Assembly: GCA_031459875.1 (NCBI GenBank)
Contig: JAVKHQ010000001.1
Location: forward strand, 1 to 64,000
Direction of reading: 5' to 3'
DNA length: 64,000 bases
From: Candidatus Fervidifonticultor sextus
GTDB lineage: Bacteria > Sysuimicrobiota > Sysuimicrobiia > Sysuimicrobiales > Humicultoraceae
A program made the position numbers and the translations under genes. Position 1 is the first letter of the stretch. Each line of letters begins with the position of its first letter. The notes under the pieces are model-generated. The model did no database searches. It was not told the DNA's origin and saw only the letters and a program-made list of their open reading frames with translations. Below, one piece after another: positions 29,472 to 39,932 of this stretch.

Positions 29472-31018
29472 CGGGCGTACTCGACCACCCGGGTTTCGCG
29501 GAGCACCGTCACCTTGATCTGACCGGGATACTTCAGGTCCTCCTCGATCTTGCGAGCGATGTCGCGGGCGAGCCGGGCCGCCCCGGCATCGTCCACCTCG
29601 GTCGGCTTTACGATCACCCGGATCTCGCGACCCGCCTGGATGGCGTAGGCCTTCTCCACGCCAGCGAAGGAGGTCGCGAGCTGCTCGAGGGTCTGGAGCC
29701 GCTTGATGTACATCTCCACGGTCTCCTTGCGGGCTCCCGGTCGGCTGGCCGAGATGGCGTCGGCGGCCGCCACCAGCACGGCTTCCAGGCTGGCGGCCTC
29801 CTCCTCGCCGTGATGGTAGGCGATGGCGTTGATGACCTCGGGCGGCTCGTGGTAGCGTCGGGCCAGGTCGGCGCCGATCTCCACGTGGGTCCCCTCGACC
29901 TCGTGGGTCAGCGCCTTGCCGATGTCGTGCAGCAGCCCGGCGCGGCGCGCGAGCTTGGGATCGGCGTTGAGGTGCGTGGCCAGCAGCCCGGCCAGCAGGG
30001 CCACCTCCACCGAGTGCCGCAGCAGGTTCTGCCCGTAGGAGTGGCGGAACTTGAGCCGGCCCAGCAACGTGATCTCTTCAGGATGCAGCCCGTGGACGTT
30101 GGCCTCGAAGGCGGCCTCCTCCCCGGCCTCGCGGATGCGCTCGTCGAGCTCGCGGCGGGCCTTCTCCACGACTTCCTCGATGCGGCCGGGATGGATGCGG
30201 CCGTCCGCCATCAGCTTCTCCAGCGCCAGCTTGGCGACCTCGCGGCGCACCGGGTCGAAGGACGAGATCGTGACGGCCTCCGGGGTGTCGTCGATGATGA
30301 GATCCACCCCGGTGAGGCTCTCCAGGGCGCGGATGTTGCGGCCCTCACGGCCGATGATACGACCTTTCATCTCCTCGTTGGGGAGCGGGATCACCGAGAC
30401 GGTGACCTCGGCGGTATGCTCTGAGGCGCAGCGCTGGATGGCCAGCGCCAGGATGTCCCGCGCACGACGCTCCCCCTCGTCGCGGGCCTCGGCCTCGATG
30501 CGCCGGATCAGTTGGGCGGCCTCGTTGCGCGCGTCGGCTTCCACCGCCGCCAGGAGCTGGGCGCGGGCCTCCTCCTGGGTCAGGCCGGCGATGCGCTGCA
30601 ACTCGGCCTGTTGCGCCTGCCTGAGCTGTTCGATTTCCTCGCGGATCTGGGCTAGCTGCTGCTCCCGCTCCGCGAGCAGACGTTCACGCCGTTCAAGAGC
30701 TTCGGCCTTGCGCTCCTGGTTCTCCTCACGCTGTACCAAACGCCGTTCCAGCCGCTGGAGCTCCGCACGTTGCTCTCGGATCTCCTTCTCTGCTTCCCGC
30801 TGGATGCGGAGTGCCTCGTCCTTGGCTTCAACGATAGCCTCCCGCCGTCTGGCTTCCGACTCCTTCCGTGCGTTCTCGAGAATCTGTCGGGCAGCCTCTT
30901 CGGCTGACTTGATCCTGGCTTCGGCGATGGTCCTGCGCAGGAGGTACCCAAGGAGGAGTGCGATCAGGCCCACGACGATCGTGACAAGGTACGGGCCCAG
31001 AGCGTCGATGGTGCTCAC
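29468..31018 (-). CDS. rny: ribonuclease Y
   Basis: N-terminal TM, coiled coil, [13 protein letters not shown] (KH), LLHDIGK (HD), [10 protein letters not shown]; start GTG 31018 or ATG 31048. Confidence 0.97.
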   Translation of the reverse strand: MSTIDALGPYLVTIVVGLIALLLGYLLRRTIAEARIKSAEEAARQILENARKESEARRREAIVEAKDEALRIQREAEKEIREQRAELQRLERRLVQREENQERKAEALERRERLLAEREQQLAQIREEIEQLRQAQQAELQRIAGLTQEEARAQLLAAVEADARNEAAQLIRRIEAEARDEGERRARDILALAIQRCASEHTAEVTVSVIPLPNEEMKGRIIGREGRNIRALESLTGVDLIIDDTPEAVTISSFDPVRREVAKLALEKLMADGRIHPGRIEEVVEKARRELDERIREAGEEAAFEANVHGLHPEEITLLGRLKFRHSYGQNLLRHSVEVALLAGLLATHLNADPKLARRAGLLHDIGKALTHEVEGTHVEIGADLARRYHEPPEVINAIAYHHGEEEAASLEAVLVAAADAISASRPGARKETVEMYIKRLQTLEQLATSFAGVEKAYAIQAGREIRVIVKPTEVDDAGAARLARDIARKIEEDLKYPGQIKVTVLRETRVVEYAR

Positions 31019-31091
31019 CCCCTTGGCTGGTTTCAGACCTCCGGACATCCCCTCCAGTGAGTCCAGTGTCGCCCGTTCAGGTTACCCGTTC

Positions 31092-31122
31092 ATTATACCT
31101 GACGGCTGGAAAAGAGTGTCAA
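31092..31122 (-). promoter_or_regulatory. rny operon promoter
   Basis: Minus strand TTGACA, 19 bp, TATAAT. Confidence 0.6.
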
Positions 31123-32279
31123 GAATGCGGGCTGTCGCCCGGCGGCAGCGCCTGCGGGTGTGGTTCCGCAAGCGGGACCCCCGAGAGGTCCTGCAGGCGG
31201 TCGCCGAACCGCTCCAGGGCCTTGCTGGCGTCGTCGAAGTTCTTTTGCGCCCGCCGCAGTTGTTCGCCCAGCTTCTCCAGCGGCTCGCGGATGCGGTCGA
31301 AGCCGGTCGCCAATTGCGCCAGGCCGGCCCGGATCTCGGCCGCCTGTTTCTCGACCTGGAGCCCCTTGAGGCCGTAGACCAGCGCCACCAGGTAGGCGTA
31401 GAAGGTCGTCGGCGAGACCGGGATGACCCGTCGCTCCATGGCGTGGGTGTAGAGGCCGCCGGCCTCGTTGTCCCGGACGACCGCTTCGTAGTAGACGTGC
31501 TCGGCGGGGATGTACATCAGCGCGAAGTCGTAGGTGCCCTCGCTGGGCAGGATGTACTTCTCGGCGATGACCCGGATGTGCCCCTGGACCTGCCGGATGA
31601 ACTCGCGGCGCGCGCGGGCCCGCTCCTCCTCGGAGGTGGCGCGCAGCATGGCCTGAAAGCCGTCGAGGGGGAACTTCGAGTCGATGGGAACCAGACGGTC
31701 GCCCACCCGGATCACCGCGTCCACCCTGGTGCCGTTGCTGAAGGTGTACTGCATCTCGTAGTGGGCTGGGGGGAGCCGGTCGCGCAGGAGGTTCTCCAGC
31801 AGCAACTCGCCGACCCCGCCCCGCAGTTTGGGCGGCTGGAGGATCTCCTGCAGCGAGGCCAGGTCCCGGCCGACCTCGAAGATGCGGCTGGCGGCCTCCT
31901 CCAGATCCTTGAGCTTCTCGTGCACGTTGGTGACCATGCCGGCGGTCTCGCTGAAGCGCTGCCCGACGATCTGGAGGTTGGCGTCCAGGCGCTGGCCCAG
32001 GCTCTCGTTGACGCGGTGGAGGGCCTCGGCGACCGTCCGGGTGACCTCGTCCAGTCGGGAGGTCATCTGCGCCTGCAGGGCGTCGGTCCGCTCGGCGAGC
32101 GCCCGCGCGGTCCCCTCAAGGCTCTGGCCCACCTGGCCGCGCAACGCATCGATCTGCTGCTGCATCACCAGCAGCGCGGCCTCCGGGCCGGCACGCCGGC
32201 GTGCCACGAGGAGGCTTGCGGCGGTCGCGGCGGCGACCCCAACCAGGATCGCGATCAGCACCACCAGCGCGTCGGGCAT
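31119..32279 (-). CDS. rmuC: DNA recombination protein RmuC
   Basis: N-terminal TM, coiled coil, RGGVGELLLE, IDSKFP, KYI...TYDFALMYIPAE, VSPTT. Confidence 0.93.
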   Translation of the reverse strand: MPDALVVLIAILVGVAAATAASLLVARRRAGPEAALLVMQQQIDALRGQVGQSLEGTARALAERTDALQAQMTSRLDEVTRTVAEALHRVNESLGQRLDANLQIVGQRFSETAGMVTNVHEKLKDLEEAASRIFEVGRDLASLQEILQPPKLRGGVGELLLENLLRDRLPPAHYEMQYTFSNGTRVDAVIRVGDRLVPIDSKFPLDGFQAMLRATSEEERARARREFIRQVQGHIRVIAEKYILPSEGTYDFALMYIPAEHVYYEAVVRDNEAGGLYTHAMERRVIPVSPTTFYAYLVALVYGLKGLQVEKQAAEIRAGLAQLATGFDRIREPLEKLGEQLRRAQKNFDDASKALERFGDRLQDLSGVPLAEPHPQALPPGDSPHS

Positions 32280-32286
32280 CCCGGGT

Positions 32287-35200
32287 CTAGTCCTCCCTGG
32301 CGGTGTACGGGCAGATCGAGGCGAAGGCGCAGTACCGACACGCCCGGTAGTAGTCCGGCGTCGCCAGGAAGCGCTGCGTGCGGATTCCCGCCGCGGCCCG
32401 TTCGATGGCCTCGGCGGCCTCGTCCAGCATCGGCCGGGTGGGCGCCGTGGCCCCCACCAGGACCTGCCGGGCTCCGAGGAAGTGCAGTTCCAGGCGGTCG
32501 GGCAGCCGGCCGTAGTGCCGCTCATAGGCCAGCGCGTAGATCGCCAGCTGCAGGCTCTCCCTAGCCCGCCGGTCGGCATCCTTCTGCGTGCGCACATCGC
32601 TGGTCTTGAAGTCGATGATGATGACCTCGTCACCGCCGTCGCGGCGGCGGATGTCCACCCGATCCCACCGGCCGCGCACCCGGGTGGCGCCCACCTGGAA
32701 CGAGAACCGGCTCTCGACCATGGTCGGGGTCGCCCCGGTCGCCTGCTGGAAGGCGAAAAACGTCGCCAGGACCTCGCGGCCTTCCGCTAGGCGCTGGTCC
32801 TCGTGCTCCCGGCTCACGAAGCCCTCCGTGACCCAGGCCTGCTCGAAGGCCCGGTACAGATCCTCCAGGGTGACCGGCTGCCCGCGCGAGCGGCGGCGGT
32901 TGTACTCCATGGCGCCGGCGTGCACGGCGGTCCCATAGACGACCCGGTGATCGCGCAGCAGCGGGACCCGCAGGACGTGCGCGTACTTGTACTTCAGCGG
33001 ACAGACCTGGTAGTCGTCGACCTGACGGAAGGAGAGGTGGATGGGCGCATCGGCCGGCACGATCCCTGGCAGCCCGACCAAGATCCCGGGCGGATCGGCC
33101 GGCGGCGCGTGGCGCGCGATGGCTTCCAGCGGTGAGGCGCGCACCGCGTCCAGGTCGACCCCGGGTTCGTCCAGGGCCTCCAGGACGAAGCGACTGACCT
33201 TGCGCGCGCGGATGCGGCCGTAGTCCCGGCCGCTGGTGAGAATCAACCGCTCCCGCGCACGGGTCATCCCCACGTAGAAGAGCCGCCGCTCCTCCTGCAG
33301 GTGGCTGTCGCCGGCGGGCAGGACCTCCTTGTCGCGGACCAGATCATCGGGGAGCTCCAGCGGCTCGCTGCGTGACCGCGACGGAAACTTGTCCGCCACG
33401 CAGTTCACGATGAAGACGATGGGGAACTCCAGGCCCTTGGCCTTGTGCACGGTCAGGATGTGGACGCCATCAAAGTCGGGGTCGGGATCGGGCGTCGGCG
33501 GATCGTCGCCGGCCGCGATCAGGTCCTCCATGCGACGCACGAACTCGGGCACCCGGTCGTACACGGCGACATCACCGTGGCGCGCCACGATGTCGAACAG
33601 CCGCGCCAGGTTGGCCACCCTGGCTTCGTCGCCGGGCTCCCCCGAGGTGGCCAGACGGCGGATGTAGCCCGTGCGGGTGACCAGGTACTCGTAGAGCACG
33701 CGGCCGGTGGCGTGATGGCGCATCAGGGTGCGCATCTCGTCCAGGTCCTCCACCAGCCGCGCGATGGAGGCCCGGCTCTCCGGGGAGATCTCGGCTGCCA
33801 GTTCGTCGAGGTCCCGGGGGGGCCGGTCCTCCTGCAGGCGCCGGAACAGGAACTCCAGGGACCGGTTGCGGCGGTGGGCGTGGCTCAGCGCGCGCGCCAT
33901 GTCCGTGGGGTGGATGAGGTAGAGCGGTGAGGTGCCCAGGTAGTAGAGGCTGAGGTTGTCGGCGGGATCGGCCAGGACACGCAGGAACGCCATGGCCAGC
34001 CGGACTTCCTCGCGATCGTAGAGGCCGCGCGTGCCCGAGAACCACCAGGGGATCGCGCGCAGGTTGAGGGCGCGCATGAACGGTTCGGCGTCCTGGTTGG
34101 CCCGCACCAGGATGGCACAGTCGCGGGCGCGGCCACCCCCGGCCAGGTGCTCGGCGATCATGGCGGCAACGGCGTCGGCCTCGTCGCTGAGGGTGTCGAA
34201 GTGGAGGTGCCGGACGGGCGGGCCGCCGGACTTCTGCGCCACCAGGCGCTTGTCCAGTTGGCTGCGGATCTCGAGGCGGTCCGGGTTGTTGTGCTGGATG
34301 AGCCGGTAGGCCGCATCGAGCACCGTCTGGGGGGAGCGGAAGTTCGCGGTGAGCACCACCTGGGCTGCGTCGGGATACGCGGCCGTGAAGCCCAGGATGT
34401 TGCTGATGGCCGCGCCTCGGAACTTGTAGATGGACTGGTCGTCGTCGCCCACCACGGTGATGTTGCGGTGGGGCGCCGCCAGCAGTTTGACCAGCTCGAA
34501 CTGCGCATGGTTCGTGTCCTGGAACTCGTCGACCAGGATGTAGCGGAAGCGGTCCTGGTAGCGCCGCAGGATGTCGGGGCGGTCCCTGAAGAGCCGGAGC
34601 GGCAGGGCGATGAGGTCGCCGAAGTCTACCCGGCCCGCTGCGCGCAGCAGGCGCTGATAGGCGGCGTAGACCCGCGCGAGTTCCAGGTGCGCTCCCGCGG
34701 CCTGGCACAGCTCGGGCTGAGGGGTGGCCTCGGCGGCGGCCGCCAGCCGGAGGGCGTAGGCTTCGTAGGTCTCGGGGGAGATGTCTTCGTCCTTGGCCCG
34801 GCTGATCAGCGACAGGATGGCATCGATATAGCGCGTGGGATCTCCCGGCGGCCGGTAGCGCTCTAGCGGCATCTCGAACAGCCGGTCGCGGAAGAAGATG
34901 AACTGCTCGGCCCTCGACAGCACCCGGAAGTCCGGCCCCAGCCCGGCCTCCAGCGCCTGCTCCCGCAGGACGCGGTCACCAAATGCGTGAAACGTGCTGA
35001 TCCAGGTGTCCACGTAGCCGTAGGGGACCAGCTGGTCCACCCGGAGTTCCATCTCGGCCGCGGCCTTCTCGGTGAAGGTGAGCGCGAGGATCTCGGCAGG
35101 CCGGGCGCGTCGCGTCGCGATCAGCCAGGCGATCCGCCTGGTGATCACCAGCGTCTTGCCCGTGCCGGCGCCGGCGACGATGAGGAGCGGTCCCTCCCCG

Positions 35201-35349
35201 TGGGTGACCGCAGCGACCTGGGCGTCGGTCAGGCCCTCCAGCGCCCGCTCCGCGGCCTCGGGACCCACACCGGGGAGGCGCGCCTCGAAGATGTCCAGCG
35301 CCAGCTGACCTCCCGGCATGGCGGCAGGATCAGGCGGCGGGGTCGGCAT
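32287..35349 (-). CDS. UvrD/PcrA-family helicase fused to C-terminal PD-(D/E)XK nuclease (AdnB/AddA-like)
   Basis: AGAGTGKT, VDEFQDTN, VGDDDQSIYKFRGA, TVHKAKGLEF, EERRLFYVGMTRA; nuclease GRWDRVD...DFKT...QLAIYA with C...CxxC-x5-C. Confidence 0.92.
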   Translation of the reverse strand: MPTPPPDPAAMPGGQLALDIFEARLPGVGPEAAERALEGLTDAQVAAVTHGEGPLLIVAGAGTGKTLVITRRIAWLIATRRARPAEILALTFTEKAAAEMELRVDQLVPYGYVDTWISTFHAFGDRVLREQALEAGLGPDFRVLSRAEQFIFFRDRLFEMPLERYRPPGDPTRYIDAILSLISRAKDEDISPETYEAYALRLAAAAEATPQPELCQAAGAHLELARVYAAYQRLLRAAGRVDFGDLIALPLRLFRDRPDILRRYQDRFRYILVDEFQDTNHAQFELVKLLAAPHRNITVVGDDDQSIYKFRGAAISNILGFTAAYPDAAQVVLTANFRSPQTVLDAAYRLIQHNNPDRLEIRSQLDKRLVAQKSGGPPVRHLHFDTLSDEADAVAAMIAEHLAGGGRARDCAILVRANQDAEPFMRALNLRAIPWWFSGTRGLYDREEVRLAMAFLRVLADPADNLSLYYLGTSPLYLIHPTDMARALSHAHRRNRSLEFLFRRLQEDRPPRDLDELAAEISPESRASIARLVEDLDEMRTLMRHHATGRVLYEYLVTRTGYIRRLATSGEPGDEARVANLARLFDIVARHGDVAVYDRVPEFVRRMEDLIAAGDDPPTPDPDPDFDGVHILTVHKAKGLEFPIVFIVNCVADKFPSRSRSEPLELPDDLVRDKEVLPAGDSHLQEERRLFYVGMTRARERLILTSGRDYGRIRARKVSRFVLEALDEPGVDLDAVRASPLEAIARHAPPADPPGILVGLPGIVPADAPIHLSFRQVDDYQVCPLKYKYAHVLRVPLLRDHRVVYGTAVHAGAMEYNRRRSRGQPVTLEDLYRAFEQAWVTEGFVSREHEDQRLAEGREVLATFFAFQQATGATPTMVESRFSFQVGATRVRGRWDRVDIRRRDGGDEVIIIDFKTSDVRTQKDADRRARESLQLAIYALAYERHYGRLPDRLELHFLGARQVLVGATAPTRPMLDEAAEAIERAAAGIRTQRFLATPDYYRACRYCAFASICPYTARED

Positions 35350-36007
35350 CAGAGGACCCGGCGCGGCCCATGAGCACAAGCACGGTGTGGGCGATCACAT
35401 CGGGCGCAAACCCGCGGCGCTGGAGCCACATGCCCAGACGACGGCGGGCGACATCGGGCGGGAGCCCCTGCAGTCGGCGCAGGCGCCCCCGTGCCTGTTC
35501 CAGCGCGAGGGCTTCCTCCGCGCCCTCCGGCAGCTCGGCCGCGATGGCCTCGGCCACGATGGCGGGAGCCACCCCTCGGGCCAGCAGCTCGGCGCGCAGG
35601 CGTCGGGGGCCGCTGGGCCGCAGGGCCATCCGGTCTCGAACCCACGCCCGGGCGAACCGGGCGTCGTCGATCCACCCCGCGCGGTGCAGTTCGGTCATCA
35701 CCGCCACGATCGTTTCACGATCGAATCCCCTGCGGCGCAGCGCGGCTATGAGCTCAGCCCGGCTGCGCAGGCGGCGCTCCAGCAGGCGGAGGGCAGCGGC
35801 GCGCGCCCGCTGCCGCACCGCCGCACCGGCGATTTGGGCCACGAGCTCCGCACTGACCTCGGCGCCCCCGGTCAGGCCCAGCGCCCGGACGGTGTCCGCG
35901 TCGAGGCGAAAACTCCCCAGGCCCTCGAGGTCCACCCGATACAGGTGGGGGCGCCGTGGCAGGGGGCGCACCTGCGCCACTCGTGCAACCGATCCCTCCC
36001 CGCTCAC
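35330..36007 (-). CDS. recX: regulatory protein RecX
   Basis: ALRLLERRLRSRAEL, GWIDDARFA, GPRRLRAEL, LQRRGF; follows recA. Confidence 0.9.
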   Translation of the reverse strand: MSGEGSVARVAQVRPLPRRPHLYRVDLEGLGSFRLDADTVRALGLTGGAEVSAELVAQIAGAAVRQRARAAALRLLERRLRSRAELIAALRRRGFDRETIVAVMTELHRAGWIDDARFARAWVRDRMALRPSGPRRLRAELLARGVAPAIVAEAIAAELPEGAEEALALEQARGRLRRLQGLPPDVARRRLGMWLQRRGFAPDVIAHTVLVLMGRAGSSDADPAA

Positions 36008-36040
36008 CGCCCGTCGTCCAGGCGCCGGCCCCGGTGGACC

Positions 36041-37108
36041 CTAGCCGCGGGTCCGCACGGGCAGCGGGCGTCCCGGCGGCTCGGCCGCGGGCGCCATCTC
36101 GGCGGCAGTCTCCCGGGGGCGCAGGATCCCCCGGGCCTCGCGCACCCGGCGGTCGATCTCGCGGGCCACCTCCGGGTTGTTGTCCAGGAACTCCCGGGCA
36201 TTGTCGCGGCCCTGGCCCAATCGCAGGTCGCCGTAGGTGAACCAGGTGCCCGATCGCGTGATCAGGCCCATGGCCGTCGCCACGTCGAGGATGCTCCCGG
36301 TCCTCGAGATGCCGTGGCCGTAGAAGATGTCGAACTCGGCTTCGCGGAACGGCGGGGCCAGTTTGTTCTTCACGACCTTGACGCGGGCGCGCATCCCCTT
36401 GACCTCGTCGCCACTCTTGAGGTTCTCGGTCTTGCGGATCTCCATCCGCACCGACGCGTAGAACTTCAGGGCACGGCCGCCCGTCGTCGTTTCCGGCGAG
36501 CCGAACATCACCCCGATCTTCTCACGAATCTGGTTGATGAAAACCACGGTGGTGTGCGACTTGCTGATGGTCCCCACCAGCTTGCGCAGGGCCTGCGACA
36601 TCAGGCGTGCCTGCAGTCCCACGTGGGCATCGCCCATCTCGCCTTCGAGTTCGGCACGGGGGACGAGCGCCGCCACGGAGTCCACCACCACCACATCCAC
36701 CGCGCCGCTGCGGACCAGCGTCTCGGCGATCTCCAGCGCCTGCTCGCCGGAATCGGGCTGCGAGAGCAGGAGGTTGTCCACGTCCACGCCCACGGCGCGC
36801 GCGTAGGTCGGGTCCAGCGCGTGCTCGGCGTCGATGAAGGCTGCCACGCCGCCCTCGCGCTGGGCCTCGGCGATAATGTGGTAGCCCAGCGTGGTCTTGC
36901 CCGAGGCCTCCGGGCCGTAGATCTCCACCACGCGCCCACGGGGCACGCCGCCCACGCCCAGGGCCAGGTCCAGTCCCAGGGCGCCGGTCGGGATCACCTC
37001 GACTTGGAGTCTGGCCGAGGCCTCGCCGAGCTTCATGATGGACCCCTTGCCAAACTGCTTCTCGATCTGCGAAAGGGCCAGGTCCAGCGCCCGCTGCCGA
37101 TCCGTCAT
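36041..37108 (-). CDS. recA: recombinase RecA
   Basis: [37 protein letters not shown]. Confidence 0.99.
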   Translation of the reverse strand: MTDRQRALDLALSQIEKQFGKGSIMKLGEASARLQVEVIPTGALGLDLALGVGGVPRGRVVEIYGPEASGKTTLGYHIIAEAQREGGVAAFIDAEHALDPTYARAVGVDVDNLLLSQPDSGEQALEIAETLVRSGAVDVVVVDSVAALVPRAELEGEMGDAHVGLQARLMSQALRKLVGTISKSHTTVVFINQIREKIGVMFGSPETTTGGRALKFYASVRMEIRKTENLKSGDEVKGMRARVKVVKNKLAPPFREAEFDIFYGHGISRTGSILDVATAMGLITRSGTWFTYGDLRLGQGRDNAREFLDNNPEVAREIDRRVREARGILRPRETAAEMAPAAEPPGRPLPVRTRG

Positions 37109-37144
37109 GGTCCCCGACCTCCTGCACGGCGTGGGATACCGAAA

Positions 37145-37173
37145 AGGTTACCAAACAAATGTTCGGATGTCAA
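37145..37173 (-). promoter_or_regulatory. recA promoter with LexA box in the spacer
   Basis: Minus strand TTGACA (37173-37168), 17 bp, TGG-TAACCT; SOS box CGAAC-ATTT-GTTTG at 37165-37152. Confidence 0.88.
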
Positions 37174-37228
37174 CCCCCGAAAATCCAGCCTGCCCGTGCC
37201 GATCTACCACATTTAGGGGTTCAACCCC

Positions 37229-37810
37229 TTACGAATTCAATCCCTGGCCCAGGGACACCTGCTCCCACGGGGTGTAGATGGGTCCATCGGGGGTCAGGCG
37301 GCTCTCCATCACGGTCAGCGCCCGGACGTGTTCTGGGCCAATGACGACGTTCCGGAACCGGTGCAGCACGCGGACCAGGTCGCCCCACTGGCGGTCGTCC
37401 CTGGACCGGCCCAGCGTCAGGTGCGGCCGGAAGTGGCGCTGGTCGGCCGGGAATCCCTCCCTGGCCAGTGCACGGGCCAGGGCGGCGGCAAGATGCTCCA
37501 GCGCTTCGGCGCCCTCGGTGGTCCCGACCCAGACCACCCGGGGCCGCTCAAAGGTGGGAAAGGCGCCCAACCCGGCAATGGTGATCAAGAACGGCGCGCA
37601 GGCCTGAGCGACCTCCCGCGTGGCCGCGGTCGCGCGCGCGACTTGGGCGGCGGAGATCTCGCTGAGGAAGCGCAGCGTGAAGTGGAGGTTGGCGGGTCGC
37701 ACCCACCGCAGCCGCGCTCCGGCCGACCGCATCTGCTCCTGGAGATCGGCGAGGCGCCGCCGGGTCTCGTCGCTCAACTCCACGGCGATGAACGTCCTGT
37801 GCTGCGTCAC
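37229..37810 (-). CDS. thpR: RNA 2',3'-cyclic phosphodiesterase
   Basis: Two HxT motifs (HFTLRFL, PHLTLGR), GAFP...PRVVW. Confidence 0.93.
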   Translation of the reverse strand: MTQHRTFIAVELSDETRRRLADLQEQMRSAGARLRWVRPANLHFTLRFLSEISAAQVARATAATREVAQACAPFLITIAGLGAFPTFERPRVVWVGTTEGAEALEHLAAALARALAREGFPADQRHFRPHLTLGRSRDDRQWGDLVRVLHRFRNVVIGPEHVRALTVMESRLTPDGPIYTPWEQVSLGQGLNS

Positions 37811-39045
37811 CGGCGCAACAGGGCGAGCCGAATCAGGTTGAGCGCCGCCTGGGTCGCCAGGTGGCGGATCCCAGCCCGCCCGGCCCCGTCGCCGAACCGC
37901 AGTTCCTCCGACCGGACGCCCGCTGGCGAGACCATGGCCACGTAGACGAGTCCGACGGGCTTGTCCGGTGTGGCGCCGGTCGGGCCGGCGATGCCGGTGA
38001 CCGCGACTGCGAGGTCGGCCCCGGCGCGGCTCCGGGCTCCCAGGGCCATCGCCTCCGCCACGGGGGCGCTCACCGCGCCGTGCGCGGCGATGAGCTCGGC
38101 CGGCACGCCAAGGTCGCGGACCTTGGCGTCGTTGCTGTACGCGACCCAGCCTGACAGGAGGAACGCGGAACTCCCGGGCGTCTCGCTCAGGCGCGCGGTC
38201 AGCAGCCCGCCAGTACAGGACTCGGCGACGGCCAGCGTCAACTGCCGCTCGATCAGGAGCCGGGCCACCACCCCCTGGAGCGTCTCGTCATCGGCCCCGA
38301 AGACGGCGTCCCCCAGCCGGGCGCGCAGGCGCTCCTCCATGTCGTCGATCAGCGTGGCGACCTCCTCGGGCCTCCCCTTGGCCGTGATGCGCAGGTGGAC
38401 CTCGCCGAGCCTGGCCAGTGGTGCGACGGTGGGGTTGGTCCCGTGAATGAGGTCGCGCACGCGCTCCTCCACCACGGATTCGCCCAGGCCGGCCACGCGC
38501 AGTACGCGCGAGCGGATCACGACGTCCCCGGTCCTGGCCCGCAACCACGGAATCAGGCCCTCGGCTACCAGGCCTTCCATCTCGTGCGGCACGCCGGGGA
38601 ACACGAAGATCGTCTTCTCGCCGGCCACCACGCGGAGCCCGGGGGCCGTGCCGCGGCGGTTGGGGATTACCTCTGCGCCCCGGGGGATACGGGCCTGGCG
38701 GAAGATGGACTCCGGCGGCCTGCGCCGGCGCGCCTCGAAGAACGCCCTCAGCGACTCCGCGAGGGCCTCATCGAAGACCAGCGGAAGTCCCACCGCCTCC
38801 GCGACGGCCTCCACTGTCAGGTCGTCCTCGGTGGGACCCAGCCCGCCGGTCATGACCACCAGGTCGGCCCGGCTCAACGCCAACCGCACGGCCGCCTGCA
38901 CGCGTTCCAGGTTGTCGCCGACCGTCTGCTTGTGGCGTACGTCCACCCCGTGCTCGGCCAGCAACCGGGCGAGGAAGACTGCGTTGGTGTCGGTGATCTG
39001 GCCCAGGAGCAGTTCGGTCCCGACCGAGATGATCTCAGCACGCAT
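37807..39045 (-). CDS. cinA: competence/damage-inducible protein CinA (MocF + PncC domains)
   Basis: VGTELLLG, GGLGPTEDD, AESCTGG, HGAVS, TGIAGP. Confidence 0.95.
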   Translation of the reverse strand: MRAEIISVGTELLLGQITDTNAVFLARLLAEHGVDVRHKQTVGDNLERVQAAVRLALSRADLVVMTGGLGPTEDDLTVEAVAEAVGLPLVFDEALAESLRAFFEARRRRPPESIFRQARIPRGAEVIPNRRGTAPGLRVVAGEKTIFVFPGVPHEMEGLVAEGLIPWLRARTGDVVIRSRVLRVAGLGESVVEERVRDLIHGTNPTVAPLARLGEVHLRITAKGRPEEVATLIDDMEERLRARLGDAVFGADDETLQGVVARLLIERQLTLAVAESCTGGLLTARLSETPGSSAFLLSGWVAYSNDAKVRDLGVPAELIAAHGAVSAPVAEAMALGARSRAGADLAVAVTGIAGPTGATPDKPVGLVYVAMVSPAGVRSEELRFGDGAGRAGIRHLATQAALNLIRLALLRR

Positions 39046-39066
39046 CTGGTGAGGAGCCCCTGAGTC

Positions 39067-39888
39067 CTAGCGAGGAGTGTCCCCGGTGAATGTGCGGTCC
39101 ACCACTTCTCCGATCTGGCCAAGCGCGCCGACGGGTCTCCCGTTGGCCGTCACCTGCACTGCGCCGGCGTTGCCGGCGCGCAGCGAAACCGTCGCACGGC
39201 CCTGCCAGCGTTGAGAGTCACCGGCCACCAGGAAGCCCTCGAAGACCAGCTGGTCGTCCACGACCACCCGCAGCCACGAACGGGCCGAGGCCTGGACTTC
39301 CACCGTCACCCCCGCCGGTGCGGCGGGCTCACCGGTCGGTCCGGAGACGGTCGTGGGGACCTGGGGCTGCGGATTGGCGCTCATCGTCACCGGTGCCGAA
39401 GAGACGGTGCCGCCGGGTGGCAAGTCGGGCGGCGCGGCCGCCGGGGCCGACTCACTGAACTCCCGGAACTGCCGGTAGGAATAGAGGGCCAGCGCCCCCC
39501 CTGCGATCAGCACGCACACGGCCGCCATCGCCGTCCACCTGCGCCACCTCGACCGGGGGACCGCCGGGGTCACCGCCGCATCCAGACGGTGCAGGGACTC
39601 GACGGTCCCCCCGGCCCCGGCCGACATCACGGCGTTCAGACGCCGGATCAGGGGTTCCGGATCCAGGCCGAGTTCCTCGGCCACCCGGCGGAGGAACCCG
39701 CGCGCAAACGGCAGCGGGGGGAGTTCGTCGAAGCGCTCGTCCTCGAGGGCCCTCAGGTACTTGACCCGGACTTTCGTGCGGGCCTGCAGGTCGGCCAGCG
39801 AGACCCCGCGCTCGGCCCGCGCGCTCCGGAGGGTATGCCCGATTCCCTCTCCGGTGGCCCGTTCGCGGGGAACGGAAGACGTGGTCAC
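39067..39888 (-). CDS. rodZ: cytoskeleton protein RodZ-like (HTH + TM + DUF4115)
   Basis: IGHTLRSAR...YLRALE...ARGF HTH, TM helix, SWLRV...GNAGAV C-terminal domain; start 39888 or 39906. Confidence 0.85.
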   Translation of the reverse strand: MTTSSVPRERATGEGIGHTLRSARAERGVSLADLQARTKVRVKYLRALEDERFDELPPLPFARGFLRRVAEELGLDPEPLIRRLNAVMSAGAGGTVESLHRLDAAVTPAVPRSRWRRWTAMAAVCVLIAGGALALYSYRQFREFSESAPAAAPPDLPPGGTVSSAPVTMSANPQPQVPTTVSGPTGEPAAPAGVTVEVQASARSWLRVVVDDQLVFEGFLVAGDSQRWQGRATVSLRAGNAGAVQVTANGRPVGALGQIGEVVDRTFTGDTPR

Positions 39889-39932
39889 GTGCCCGATCTT
39901 CAGCACTCCGGCGGCATTTCCCTCCGCGCCCC

